From NCBI GenBank assembly GCA_951406725.2, contig OX597814.1, forward strand, positions 52,948,001 to 53,012,000: a DNA stretch of 64,000 nucleotides, read 5' to 3'. How positions within the stretch are numbered: position 1 is the stretch's first letter; every line of letters begins with the position of its first letter. A model generated the notes under the pieces. That model saw only the letters and a list, made by a program, of their open reading frames with translations, was not told where the DNA came from and searched no databases. This DNA is from Octopus vulgaris (Eukaryota). Made by a program: the position numbers and the translations under genes. This document shows positions 38,725 to 51,166 of the stretch, in pieces.

Positions 38725-38941
38725 ATCCTTTCTACTGGAAGCACAAAGTCTCAAATTTTTGGGGAAGGGATTAAGTCAATTACATCAACACCAGTAGGTA
38801 ACTGGTACTAATTTTATTGACCCCGAAAGGATGAAAAACAAAGTTGACCTCGGCGGAATTTGAACTCAAAACCTAATGGCAGACGAAATACCGCTAATCA
38901 TTTCACCCAGCTTGCTAATGATTCTGTCAGTTTGCTGCCTT
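38725..38941 (-). mobile_element. SINE family C
   Basis: Minus strand aaggcagc...gagttcaaattccgccgaggtcaacttt...catcctttcggggtc...agtaccag; the central part resembles the Meta-SINE domain as recalled. Confidence 0.75.
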
Positions 38942-39044
38942 AGTATAATATAATAATATGATATAATATATGTGAATGTCAGTGTGTCACACTTTTTCAA
39001 CTTTACTCTTAGAGGCCGTAGCCCAACATATACCATTTTGGAAT

Positions 39045-39468
39045 CAGGCTGACTCTGTCAGTAAATTAAAAATATTCCAGGCCAAATCTGAACCCACGAT
39101 CCTGAAATTTTGGATTCACATTTCAGTGATTTTTTTTACATGACTTTTTGTGACAAATTTTTTTTACAATAACAATTTTTATAATCTAAAGGCTAACTCT
39201 GTGAGTAAATTAAAAACATTCTGGGCTGAATCTGGACCTGCAATCCTTAAATTTTGGATTTGTATGTTTTCATTACTGTGATTGTTTTCAATGATTTTTT
39301 TTTGTGACAAATATGATCATCATTGGGATATGACTCTGGAGGAAGCAATTGCAATAAATTCTCCAAAATAAGTCAGAGATCTGTTTGCAGATCTTCTCAT
39401 TCAAGGTCAGTTGCTTAAAAGCTATACACTAGCTTAAAAACCACCCTATCGGGCGGCTTTTCTGCTAG
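39045..39468 (+). mobile_element. Helitron-like 3' fragment with tandem unit and hairpin-CTAG end
   Basis: Two roughly 140-bp units (ggct.actctgt.agtaaattaaaaa...); ends ccaccctatcgggcggcttttctgCTAG|T. Confidence 0.5.
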
Positions 39469-39478
39469 TATATATAGA

Positions 39479-39513
<35 letters not shown>

Positions 39514-39589
39514 CACATTGTATCAACCAAACTATTGGATGTTATATATCACTGGTCACAATGTACATTCAGGTCTTTCTTGATTGTGC

Positions 39590-39955
39590 TATTCTTTTCC
39601 ATGTTGGCCCAAATTATTTAACTAAATCATCTTCCAATCATCATAGAGGTCGTCCATGCAGCCCTTTTCAATCTCTTGGATACCACTTGGCAACTGTGCT
39701 GGTCCACTGGTTGTCCTAACAACCTGTCTAGCCTTGCGCAACTTATGCTTTCAGTATTCTGCAATCACATCGTTCACTCCACTCTGTTCTGGAATTATCA
39801 CATTTCAGATATGCTCTTGCAATGATATTCCTAGCAAGGATCTTTACATAGTCCTTTGTGGTGCAGCCAATTAATACTCTCTCCTCTTTGTGGTAGCCCA
39901 TATCTCACTTGCATATAAGAGCACTGTTAGGGTAGTGCTGTTGAAGAGTCTGGCA
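39590..39955 (-). pseudogene. RTE LINE RT C-terminal fragment
   Basis: RLFNSTTLTVLLYASEIW and WYPRD*KGLHGRP, resembling the RTE LLYxxETW and WxPxxxKRxxGRP motifs. Confidence 0.7.
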
Positions 39956-40635
39956 TGTATTATATATATATATATATAAAATATTTGAGCAGGATTGTTA
40001 CCAGCATTGCTTTACTGGTACCTGTGCCATTGGCATGTGTAAAAAAAAAATTCGAGTGAGGTCATTGCTAGTACCGCCTGACTGGCCCCCGTGCCGGTGG
40101 CACGTAAAAGCACCCACTACACTTTCGGTGTGGTTGGCGTTAGGAAGGGCATCAAGCTGTAGAAACTCTGCCAGATCAAGACTGGAGCCTGGCGCAGCCA
40201 TCTGGTTCGCCAGCCCACGGTCAAACCATCCAACCCATCCTAGCATGGAAAGTGGACGTTAAACAATGATGATGATGATATATATATATATATGTATATT
40301 ATAAGCTGACATTATTCCATCATTGCAACTAGTAGTGTTACAGTTACAGTGATGACGCAATAGAATAGATTTAAATGTGCTGCATGGTCACAGCTCAGTG
40401 ACTGAAACCAGTGAAAAGGTAACATGATATATTTGAATCTATATATCCAGAATATTGAATCTAAAGTTGGGGATAACATGGCATATCTTGATATGGATTG
40501 TCTGTGTGAAAATAAACAAAGCATTGTAGATATACAATGTTGTAGGGATAAATACATTAATACCTCGGTTTTCAAACAACTCTGATTACAAATAAATTGT
40601 TCTTTATCTCCTGTCTTTCTCATATTCATTTAATA

Positions 40636-40774
40636 CAGTAGTACCTCGGTTTACGAATGCCTCTGATCACGAATAAATCATGCTTCATATATACCTATAT
40701 CTAATATATATATATAAAAATATAAAGCACAATTTATTCGTGATCATGGTTGTTTGAGAACCGAGGTACTACTG
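40636..40774. mobile_element. Tigger/pogo-type MITE
   Basis: Perfect TIR CAGTAGTACCTCGGTT / AACCGAGGTACTACTG with TA on both sides. Confidence 0.85.
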
Positions 40775-41480
40775 TATGTTGATATGAATATCTTGATGCA
40801 AATAGGACATAAAAATAAGGATGAATGTATGTTTAAAAAAATTATAAAGGTAGAAAAGAAATACTATTAATATTGATCAAATGATAGTAATAATATTAAT
40901 TATAGTTTTTTGCATAGGCACAAAATCTGAAATTTAGGGAGAGGGTTTAGTTGTCTGAACTGATCCCTGTACTTGACTGGTGATTTATTTTTATTGGCTG
41001 CAGAAGGATGAAAGGCAAAGTTAATCTCAATGGGAACACTTTAATGATTCTATCTACTGCTATATGTTTTAACGAGTAACCAATTTACCCATTATGAAAT
41101 GAGCTGAACATCTTTTAAATTCCAAACAAGTGTGGTACATTTTTCAGCATAACTAAACAAATATATATATATATATATATATATTATATGATATGATAAA
41201 CAGGAGAATGGAAATTTTTTGATATTATTTATTTCTTCATTATGCATGTTTCATTTGCTAATAGGAATTACAAAGATTTGCATGTTAGATAGACATGTAA
41301 GGAATTTCCTATTAAAAATACAAACTTAAATATTTATATATTGAGTATATCTACCCTTAAATGTGTTCTTAGTAAGCTCAATATAACATTTTTCAGCCTT
41401 GTATATGAGGGGTCACTTTCCATTAAGAGAACAGAATGTTATATTATTGCTGTTATATTGAAGTGTATATGTTTATTGTA

Positions 41481-42307
41481 CAGGTTGTGATGAGTAAATT
41501 GTTGCCATTTTATAGTTTTGATTTTGTCAACTACACAGTATAGTAGGGTCAGTTAGGTACCATCTGTGAGAAAAACAGCACCATGACACAATTCACGCTG
41601 CTAGAAATTTGGAAATGACATGCTGTACTGCTTGGCATTCACACCAAAAGCTCCAATACAAACATTTCAAAGTGCTTGTGTGTCAATCTGAGGACATGTA
41701 AAAATCAAACATTCAGTCAGTATCATGGTGTTGAGAGTGATCACTAGTGATGGCGATGTTATGTCTCCATTCATTTTCTCACATGGCCTCAGACTGAACA
41801 CGGAGACCTACATCAAGTGCCTGGAGGAGGTAGTGCTGCCCTGGGTCAAGAGGATGGTTGCTGGAAGACCCTATGTCTGGCAACACGATTCTGCACCATG
41901 CCACACAAGCAGAAGAACCCAGGCATGGCTGTCTGACAATTTCTGCGACCACACCACCCCTAACATCTGGCCACCTAACTCCCCAGACTGCAACCCCCTT
42001 GATTATTATGTACGGGGTACAGTTGAGCGAGAGACCAACATAGCTCTTTGTAAAAGATGAACAAAAGGCTAAGATAAAGGCAGCATTCACCAACTTAAAC
42101 GAGGAGACCGTCCAGAAAAGTTGCAGGAGATTCTGAAATCATCTGGAGGCCGTGGTTGAAGCCAATGGCGATTTTATTGAATAAATTTACTCTTTAGTAT
42201 TTCAAGATATTTTTATGTATTTTTGGTAAATATATATGTTAAAACAAGATGTCAGTGTTATTTTCATTTTTGCATAATTTAGATGATAGTTTATTCACTG
42301 CACCCTG
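41481..42307 (+). mobile_element. maT/DD37D-like Tc1/mariner element, internally deleted
   Basis: TA-CAGG...CCCTG-TA ends; VITSDGDVMSPFIF...WQHDSAPCHTS...WPPNSPDCNPLDYY. Confidence 0.85.
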
Positions 42308-42429
42308 TATATTAGAAATTAAGCATTAAAATAATGTATTAGATTATTCTAAGTCAAATAATACATTTTACTACCTTACTCTTTTGTTGTCTCTAATAAT
42401 AGACCTCTCTCTACAAGGATCTTGATCTT

Positions 42430-43245
42430 TGGCAGCATACTACAGTGTGTCCCATTTCTTGCCATCTATTAACCAATCAGTCTCACATCCAGCATCTCAA
42501 CACGCTTAAGTCTCTTTCTTTCCTTGATCACGAGTAAACCTCTTGTTGGTCCAGATCTATAGGAGATCTACTCTCCTCAAAGTCTCAATGTTACTCACTA
42601 GTAGGCCCTTGAGAAATCTTTTTTAAAGCAATGGTGTTGTATATGACATCTACAAATCCTATGATCATATCTTGCATGCCGATCTGTTTTTCATTTCATC
42701 AGATCATCCCGTCATGGTTTCTGATAATGTAGTTCTCTAATAATCAATACTCTGTCTCTTGTGTGTCTCAAGGTTTTACCCTCCACTCTTTTTCTCCAGT
42801 ACATCAAAGACATACTTATGGTCATGCATAACAGTTTCACTCCTGTGAAATTTTATCACTCTTCATTCCCTAACCATTGCATCCAAGTGTCATCAACATG
42901 CAACATAGAGACCTCTGATTCCATGAACAGAGATATTGAAAAAAAACTCTTCTTTGGTATCATGTCTGTCTTGTCTTCCTACTAAACATGAACTTAACTA
43001 GAGTGCTCAAAGTTGCTACAGATGCTATGTCTCATCACCACTCATCACAAACAGCTACTAACCCTCTAGAAACCTTAAAGGAAACCTACAAAGGAATACT
43101 TCTCTCTTTTATAGACAGTATTGTTACTAGATTTATAAATATTGTAGAACTCATCCAAAAAAGGTAATCTGACTGATTGGCATGAAATTGCTGACCAACA
43201 CACTCCACTTCAATCTCTGGCTCACAGACATGATGTCTCCTCACT
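42430..43245 (+). pseudogene. CR1/L2-group LINE RT remnant
   Basis: VYDIYKSYDHILH (resembles LDISKAFDRVWH), VSQG...PSTLFLQYIKD, QSLAHRHDVSSL. Confidence 0.6.
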
Positions 43246-43571
43246 TAGATTAATCTGCTAAAGTACAATTATAGTTCTGTTCAGTCAGGTCTGACTTGAG
43301 CGTTAACTATGACAACAAAAGTTTGTTAAATCATAAGTTTATTACTCCTAAAGTGTCTGTATCCTATCTATGTATATACCACAATGAGTGCCAAAGTTGG
43401 CTTTAGTTTAGTGAAAATGTAGTAGTAAGGGTATTAAAAAAAATTACGAATGGGGTGATTTTGGCTGAAAAGCCAGAGCTAAACAAGAACAACTAATATA
43501 AAATATTGAGAAGAAAACATGTTAATTCAAGAAAATTGGAAGTTTTTGTCTTACATTCCATCTCTAGTCTG

Positions 43572-43605
<34 letters not shown>

Positions 43606-46103
43606 GAATGTAAAATTCAATGTAAATTGTTGAGTTTGTTACTATGTAACTTTTCTTTCAATAAGTATCCAGTTCTTTTTACCAAATTTGAAGACTTATT
43701 TTTCTCTTTCTGTTAGATATTTCTTCAACTACATTATTTTCGTCAAAAATTTATTGATGTGAAATCTGTGATTGGAAAATATTTTCTGAGACCATTATCT
43801 TCCATTAATTTCATGTTCTCTGGCTGTTGCTGTTCCACCTAATACTGTATTACCAAATAGAATGTTCAACTTTAAGATGATTATTTTTCTATTGTCTGTA
43901 AACAAAATACTATTCTCTCTGTTTTGCATAAAAGAAAGAAACAGGTAAATAAGAAATGTGATTTAGATTTATTTAAAAGCTCATTATGCAGTTATATTTC
44001 TTGAGGAAACAAACCGACTAAAATGAACTGTGAATGAAAATCTTCCCTATGTAGAAAAGAAATGATAAAAAAATTGTCCTGGATAAATTGAAGTTGTATG
44101 AATAGTTAACTGTTTGAGCTCAAATTCTCATTAATTGAAAAATATTTCTTTCATTTATTACCTAATTTTACTTTTTTAGTGATCATTAACAATAAAAATA
44201 GGAGTGTAATGATACACATTATCATAGCCACTAACATGACCACTATATTGTGGTTTAAATGAAATTAGGAACAAAAGGTGAGAAGTCCACCTCGAGCTCA
44301 TATCTTATTAAGTGCACTTTTTCTTTTTATTTCTTTGAAAGAACTAGTGGGGTGACCTACCTGTATTAATATTAGATAGAATATTTTCATTCTTTGCCAT
44401 TGAATTTTGTACACATATAGTGGAGGAGGTTTGAGGAAAAAAAAACCTCAGGAAAACAAAGCAAAAATAGTCATTGGAATCAACCTGCTAAAGTTTTCAT
44501 GAACACTTTCTAAATTTAGAAACCATTTTGTTTATCATGTACAGTAGTAGGTAACCATGAATTTAGTTTACTAGAGATAAAAAATACATTGTGGGAGACA
44601 AATATTGGTGTAAGAATTGTTGTTGAGGTCTTTCTTTGGAAATGGTTATATGTGATTTAGTGACTGTAAGTAAGTAACTAAAGAGAAAAAGTTGCTGGAA
44701 AGCTACACTTGGGGAGAAGTTAATTCCTAAAAGTGAAAGTTTGCAGGAGAAATTTTTTAGAAATTTAATAATCAAAATGAAAAAGAAATTTTATAAGTTA
44801 ATCTGAGGAGAATAACTTTTAAATATAACTCTTGCAGGTTCTTACAGGTTTGTTTGGTTCATACGGCTGTTAGATTCATTGCAGTGGGAAACATGAGCTG
44901 AAAGAAATTTGCTAAGGTGGATGATTTGGGGGAAAGTATGTTGTAAGGTGTTTGAGCAGGTGACATAGTAAAGATGATGAGAATCAAAGCAAGTGCGATG
45001 GGTGAGTTTGAATAGGTATATAGATAGTAAAGGTAGTGTATGGATGAATAAAACTTGATATTGTTTCCCAATTACTATATATTTTCATTCTATTCATAGA
45101 AGTTAAGAAATCTTTTTAGAAGGTTCTTTAGATTCAAACCATGACTCATGATGAAATGTATTCCATCCATGACCATCCTGACTTTTTCTTACATGTGGTA
45201 TATCTTATGATGACAACTTCATCATTATTTGCTCCTTTTCAAAATAGTGAAGTGTGATATGCACATTTGACTGCTGTTTCTTGCTGGTTGAGTAATCATA
45301 TAGAGGTTCACTCATTGACTCTTATTGGGAAGTATTTAGATTGTGTGAATCAGTGAAGAATGGTAATATTCTCTGATTGATGGTAAAGGATTTCCTCTCT
45401 CCATCTGAATGTAATGCTTTGTATCTGAAACTTTAAATAAAAAAAGCAAGATCCACAAAACATGTCAAGTGAAGTCTGTTAGATGTGTTGACAGTTGTAG
45501 GACATATTATCATGACCAAGATAGTACCCTAGAATGATTGCATTCCAATGACTAAAATGAGTAAAAGAAGAATGTACAGAAATAACAAGATAATTACACA
45601 TGCTATTGGTGATTTTTTTTCCTTCTTTGAACTTTTCCCTTTTCCTTTCCAATGAAGAACTATGCTTGAAATGTCAAAAACTCTTGCTTTTTACTGAGCA
45701 TCAGACTAATACATTCCTTGTGCTCGTACTTTGGTTTGTTATTGTTAATTTTGTTTGTTTATTTGATTTGACTATAGTCATAATTAGCATGGATTAACCA
45801 ATAATGTGATTAGGAGACTGATATCCTGCCTGCTATATTACAAACCTTTTATCACTAACTTTACTTGCCTGTTTCTTTTCTTTTGTCATCTCTTTGATGA
45901 GGAAGATAAACCTATAAAAAATCCCTTATGCAATCACTGAGTCTGCTTGCAATAGAAGCCCTATTTTCTTATATCACTGAAATATTATTTCTCTCCTAAA
46001 ATCTGTACAAAACTCTTTGTCACTTCTTCATCTCTACAACCATTTGGAAGTATCTTTCTGTCCTTACAAGCATAAACCTCCAAAAGTTCAAATTGAACAT
46101 TAA

Positions 46104-46537
46104 TCCTTTAGTGTTTAACCCTTTAGCATTCAGATTACTTTGTCAAATGTAATGCTTATTTATTCATATTGATATGAATTAGTTATGCATTATCTTGTAG
46201 CTTTGAGATTTTAATGACATGATTGTTTATTTTTAGAATAATATTGTAGGTTAAGTGTGAGAGGCCAGATCTGGCCAGTTTGAAGATAATATAGGTAGAT
46301 TATTTTGACCTGACATGGGTGGTTTAAATGATAAAGGGTTAAACTGGCCATATCTGGCTCAAATATTCTGTCACTGTGTGAAAACTGGCCAGATCTGTCC
46401 TCTTAGACTTAACCTACAATGTCATTCTAAAAATAAACAATCACATTATCAAAATCTCAAAGATAATGCATGATGAACTGAAAACGCTGTGAATAAATAA
46501 GCCTTACATTTTTCAGAGTGATCTGATTGCTAAAGGG
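46104..46537. mobile_element. Nested pair of piggyBac-type MITEs
   Basis: Inner copy 46119-46338 is flanked by TTAA (46115-18, 46339-42) and sits inside an oppositely oriented outer copy flanked by TTAA (46100-03, 46538-41). Confidence 0.85.
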
Positions 46538-46601
46538 TTAACATCATTCTCTTAGTGCTTGGAAAGTCTACAAAAAGTTTCCCCAAATTTGGAATCTCTT
46601 T

Positions 46602-47007
46602 TCTATATATATAAACGGCAGTTTGTCTGTCTGTGTGGCTGTCAGGTTGTACCCTCACCCTGACCACGGCTTTCAACCGATTCTGATGAAACTTGACACA
46701 CACATAGCCCAATGTCATAATTCAAAACTAACGCAGCGAAAATTTTGAAAAGTTCCCCAGTCCTGAAAAAAATCGATAAATTCGACATGGGGTCAAGAAT
46801 CTAAGCTTTTTATATTTTTATATGCAACACATTTTCTGTCTGGAGACAGCTAGGAACATCGTATACATAGAAGTATTCGAGTGAAGAGAAGACATTAGCA
46901 GCCTACACATGCGCCTTCGTTCCCTAGAGGGAAAGAACTAGATTGGGATTAGTCGTTGCCTACTAGGGGCTCTTACATATCTGGGCAATGCCGGACTATG
47001 CTGCTAG
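46602..47007 (+). mobile_element. Short non-autonomous Helitron, complete
   Basis: 5' TCTATATATATAAA; 3' hairpin tctgggcaatgccgga then CTAG|T; CpGs retained. Confidence 0.8.
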
Positions 47008-47303
47008 TAAATAATATTTTGTATAAATGTGAATGAATGATATATCTTTAGTGAAAAATTTTTGATCAGATGAAGGTAGATTTAGTTGAATGAGATGTCA
47101 AAGATGTCAGCATCTTCATAAAGAAGCTGTTGCAGAATTAGATAATTTAGGAGAAAGATATATGTTGAAGATATATGCTAGCTGTGGCAGGTGTAAAAAT
47201 TTGATTGCAATAGGGATTTTTCCAGTGGTGCTAATGATACAGATGATTTATTGTAATTGCCTCTTGTATTCCAAATTTAGTCCATTAACCACTATAATGA
47301 TAA

Positions 47304-48172
47304 TTCTTTCTATTCTAGGCACAAAATCCAAAATTTTTGGGGAGGGCATTAATTGTTTTCATTAACCCCAATAGTCAACCAGTCCTCATTGTATTGATTC
47401 TGAAAGGATGAAAGGCAAAGATGATCTTGGCAGCATTTGAACTCAGAAAGCTACTAAGCATTTTGTCTGTTATGGTAATGATTCTGCTAGCTCACCACCT
47501 TAACCTCTATAATAAAATTAATGTTTTATATTGACATAAGTTCATACATTTTGAGTTGGGTGGAATTGCTCAAATCAACTTTAGAAGTTATTTTATAGAC
47601 TCTTGATGTATGGAAGCATAAAGTTATCTTTGGTGGGATTTGAACTTAGGACTTGAGATGTAATAATATGTAATACCATTTTTGTTTTTACAAAACCACC
47701 ACAATAATAATAACAATAATAATGGTTTTCAAATTTTGGCACAAAAATCAACAAGTTCAGGGAAGCGGGTAAGCCGATTACATCAACCCCAGTGTCAACT
47801 GGTACTATTTTATTGACTCTGAAAGAATGAAAGGCAAAGTTGACTTCGATGGACTTTGAACTCAGAATGTAAAGATGGATGAAATGCCACTAAGTATTTT
47901 GCCCAGCATGTTAGCAACTCTGCCAGCTTGCTGCCTTAACCATAATAATAATAATAATCTTTTCTACTATAGGCACAAGGCCTGAAATTGTGGGAGGAGA
48001 CTAGTTGATTACATCGACCCCAGTGTTTTACTGGTACTTAATTTATCAACCCCGAAAGGCTGAAAGGCAAAGTTGACTTCGTCAGAATTTGAACTCAGAA
48101 TGTAGTGATGGGCGAAATAGCACTTAAGCAAATTTCCTGGCATGCTAACAATTTTTTTCAGTTCATTGCCTT
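47304..48172 (-). mobile_element. Four co-oriented copies of SINE family C separated by (AAT)n-rich spacers
   Basis: Copies at about 47304-47501, 47522-47650 (partial), 47722-47937 and 47957-48172 share gaaagg.aaagtt...tttgaactcag. Confidence 0.8.
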
Positions 48173-50004
48173 AATAATAATAATAATAATAATAATAAAA
48201 ATAATAATAATAATGAGATAAAATCTTTGAAAGAGAAATATATAATATTGCAATTTATAAAAATATCAATATCCTAGAGTCTTAGAACCTGTCATATCTC
48301 CCTCATATCAGTAATGAATTTCATATGAACTATTATTATCATTACAAAACTGTATTCAATTCACTGCAAATATTTTACGTGAATTGTTTAATAGTCTTTT
48401 GATTCAAGTCATTCAGGAATTCTTTACATCCTTGGGGACTGTGATACCAGCCAGATTAAAATTTGATCAGTTTTTAGCCAATTCATCTATTTATCAAGAT
48501 TTAAATATCATTACAGTCAAATGAATTTTGATGGAGTCGAGGGATTTTCACTAAGCCATTTATAGTTTCCTCCACGTTTCAATAGCATTCATAGTTCTTT
48601 TGAATTCTTCAAAATAGTAGGTTGATAATAATAGCCTATTATTATCATAGCATAAATCTAGTCTTTAGACAGTTTACACTACTCCATATGTGTATTTATT
48701 CATTTTATATAGACACATAAATTGATTTAATGTGTATGTGAGTGTGTGTAGCAACTAGATTCTCAGTCCTTATGCATAAATTTTGATCAACTCTCCAGCT
48801 TTTTAATAAAAGAACCTTAACTGTTCTGTATATTAAACATATATAAAAGCATGTACACCACATATTAATACATCAATGAGTGTTTGGCATGTGTGTGTTT
48901 GTGTGTATGTTCAATATGTGTGTGATAGTGTTCTTTTGTTGTACCAAAACGAAAATGCTCAATATATACTTCTAAATGTGTAGAGTTTTTCCTGGCATCT
49001 GGGACTTGGTCATCCATTATATTCATCCATTTTTAGTACGGTAGGGTTATATTTGAAGGAGATCAGACTGCTGTTTCTAGTAGGTCAAGTGAATGTGCAG
49101 ACTGTCAGACAGCACTTGATACAATTAACTATATCCAAATATACAATATGGTTCTCAACCATGTGGAAACTTGTATCTGTTAGCCACGTATAAATGTTTC
49201 TCTGACTATTGACTTGTTGTGGATCTAATTGACCAAAGATGACTTATTCAACAACAATTCTAACACATATTATATTTTGGGATGGTAATTTTTTGTTTTT
49301 TTCTTTGCCAAATAAACACATGTGCTATATATTCATTCTTCACTCATTTATTATTGATCTTATTTTATCTTATGTCCATTTTCTGGAAATCTTTCATCAC
49401 AACGTCTATGACTTCTTCAGCAAACCTGAGTATATATGTGGATGGAAAGGGTCACTAAAGAGGTCAGATGTGTGATGAAAGATTTCCAGACAATGGAGTA
49501 CCACCGAGTACTACCGAATGCTCTTGTTTTGGCCCTCTAACAGCGAGGCAGTAGCGGCAGCCCGCCGACTTGCCGCACTCTCTGCTGCCGACCGCACAAC
49601 CACCCTGCCGGCGTTGGCCCGCCCACATGGTGCTCGGACGACGGGGCTTGCACGCTTTGCGAGCTCCATGACCATTTCTCTCTTCCTTCCTGCCTCGCCG
49701 ACCGCGCGATTTGGCCTAGGTTGGGGGTGCTGCCCGGCGCCTACCGATGACCACCACAATGGACATAAAATAAGAACAATAATATAAGAGCGAAGAGTGA
49801 ATATATAGTGTGTGTGTGTGTTTATTTGGCAAGAAAAAAAAATGACCATTCTGAAAAATAACAATTTCAACACAATTTCACATCGTGAATCTTGAAAAAC
49901 AAATTCATAAATTCTAACACACATTTCCTTTTATTAATTAGTTAGCATAAATGCTTCAGGCTCAAATTTAATAGGCATAATGCTATGTGTATTGTATATA
50001 ACTC

Positions 50005-50774
50005 AGTCTCAACGTATGGCTCACCACTTCATCCTACGTGGATACCCCCTCACCACTATCCACACCGCCCTTGCCAGAGCACGTTCCGTGGACCGTGTAT
50101 CTGCTCTCTCTCCCCGAACCCGCCCTGTAGTCTCCCGCCTCCCTTTTCCCCTCACTTACCACCCCACGACCCTACCTCTCCAACGCACCATTCTTCGAGC
50201 TTTCCATCATCTCCAGTCCGACCCGTCCACTTCACACCTCTTCCCTAACCGACCCCTCCCCCCTTTCAAACGAGCCCATAACCTTCGAGACCTTTTGGTC
50301 CATAGCTCCTTCCCTGACCCTACCTCCCAACCTGGCTCGTTCCCCTGCTCCCGCCCACGTTGCCGCACTTGCCCTTACCTCTCCAACACCACCCTCCTCA
50401 CTGGCACCCATCATCGACCCTTTCGCATCATCAACTCCTTCACCTGCACCTCCAGCAATATTATCTATTGCGTCTCTTGCTCTCTCTGCCATTCCCTGTA
50501 CATCGGACAAACGGGACACCGCTTGGCTGACCGGTTCGCGGAACACCTTCGTGACATCCACCTTGCGAACGACACACCGGTCTCACGCCATTTCCGCTCC
50601 ACCGGTCACTCCTTGCAACACCTGTCTGTGTTCGGTTTGTCCTTACACAGAGGCCATCCGGATTCCCATTTGCGCCGTGAACAGGAATTAATCTTCTCTC
50701 TTCGCTCTTATACGCCATTTGGTCTCAACTCTCCCCCCTCCTCATCTAACCCCCTCTCCCCCCTCCTCATCTAA
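50005..50774 (+). mobile_element. Penelope-like element 3' part (RT thumb, Cys linker, GIY-YIG endonuclease), uninterrupted
   Basis: RGYP, PLTYHP, CSRPRCRTC, NIIYCVSCSLCHSLYIGQT...RFAEH, PVSRHF, RREQELI...GLN. Confidence 0.92.
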
Positions 50775-51066
50775 CCTCCCCCGACCCCTACTTCTCTTCA
50801 GTCCTTCATCCTTTCACCCCTACTCCTCTTCCCTTCTTCCCTCTTTCTCCCTCCCTCCTTCTTCCCTCTTCCCCTTCCCTCTGCTCCCTCACTCCCCTTC
50901 TCTCTGCTCCCTCACTCCCCTTCTCTCTCTCTCCCTCTCCCTCTCTCCTCCCTCCTCCTCTCCCCTCCTCCCCTCCTCTCCTTCCTTCTCCCCCTCCCCT
51001 TCCCCCCCTTCCCCCCCTCCCCTTCCCTCCTTTCCTTCTCCCCTCTTCTCCCCTTTCTTTCTCCCC
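50775..51066 (+). repeat. Polypyrimidine (C/T) tract
   Basis: About 290 nt almost free of purines on the plus strand. Confidence 0.9.
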
Positions 51067-51166
51067 TGCTCGAATGGTGCCTCCTACATGCCACCGGCAC
51101 GGAAGCCAGTTAGCTGCTCTGGCAACGATCACGCTCGGATGGTGCTCTTAGCACCCTATATATATA

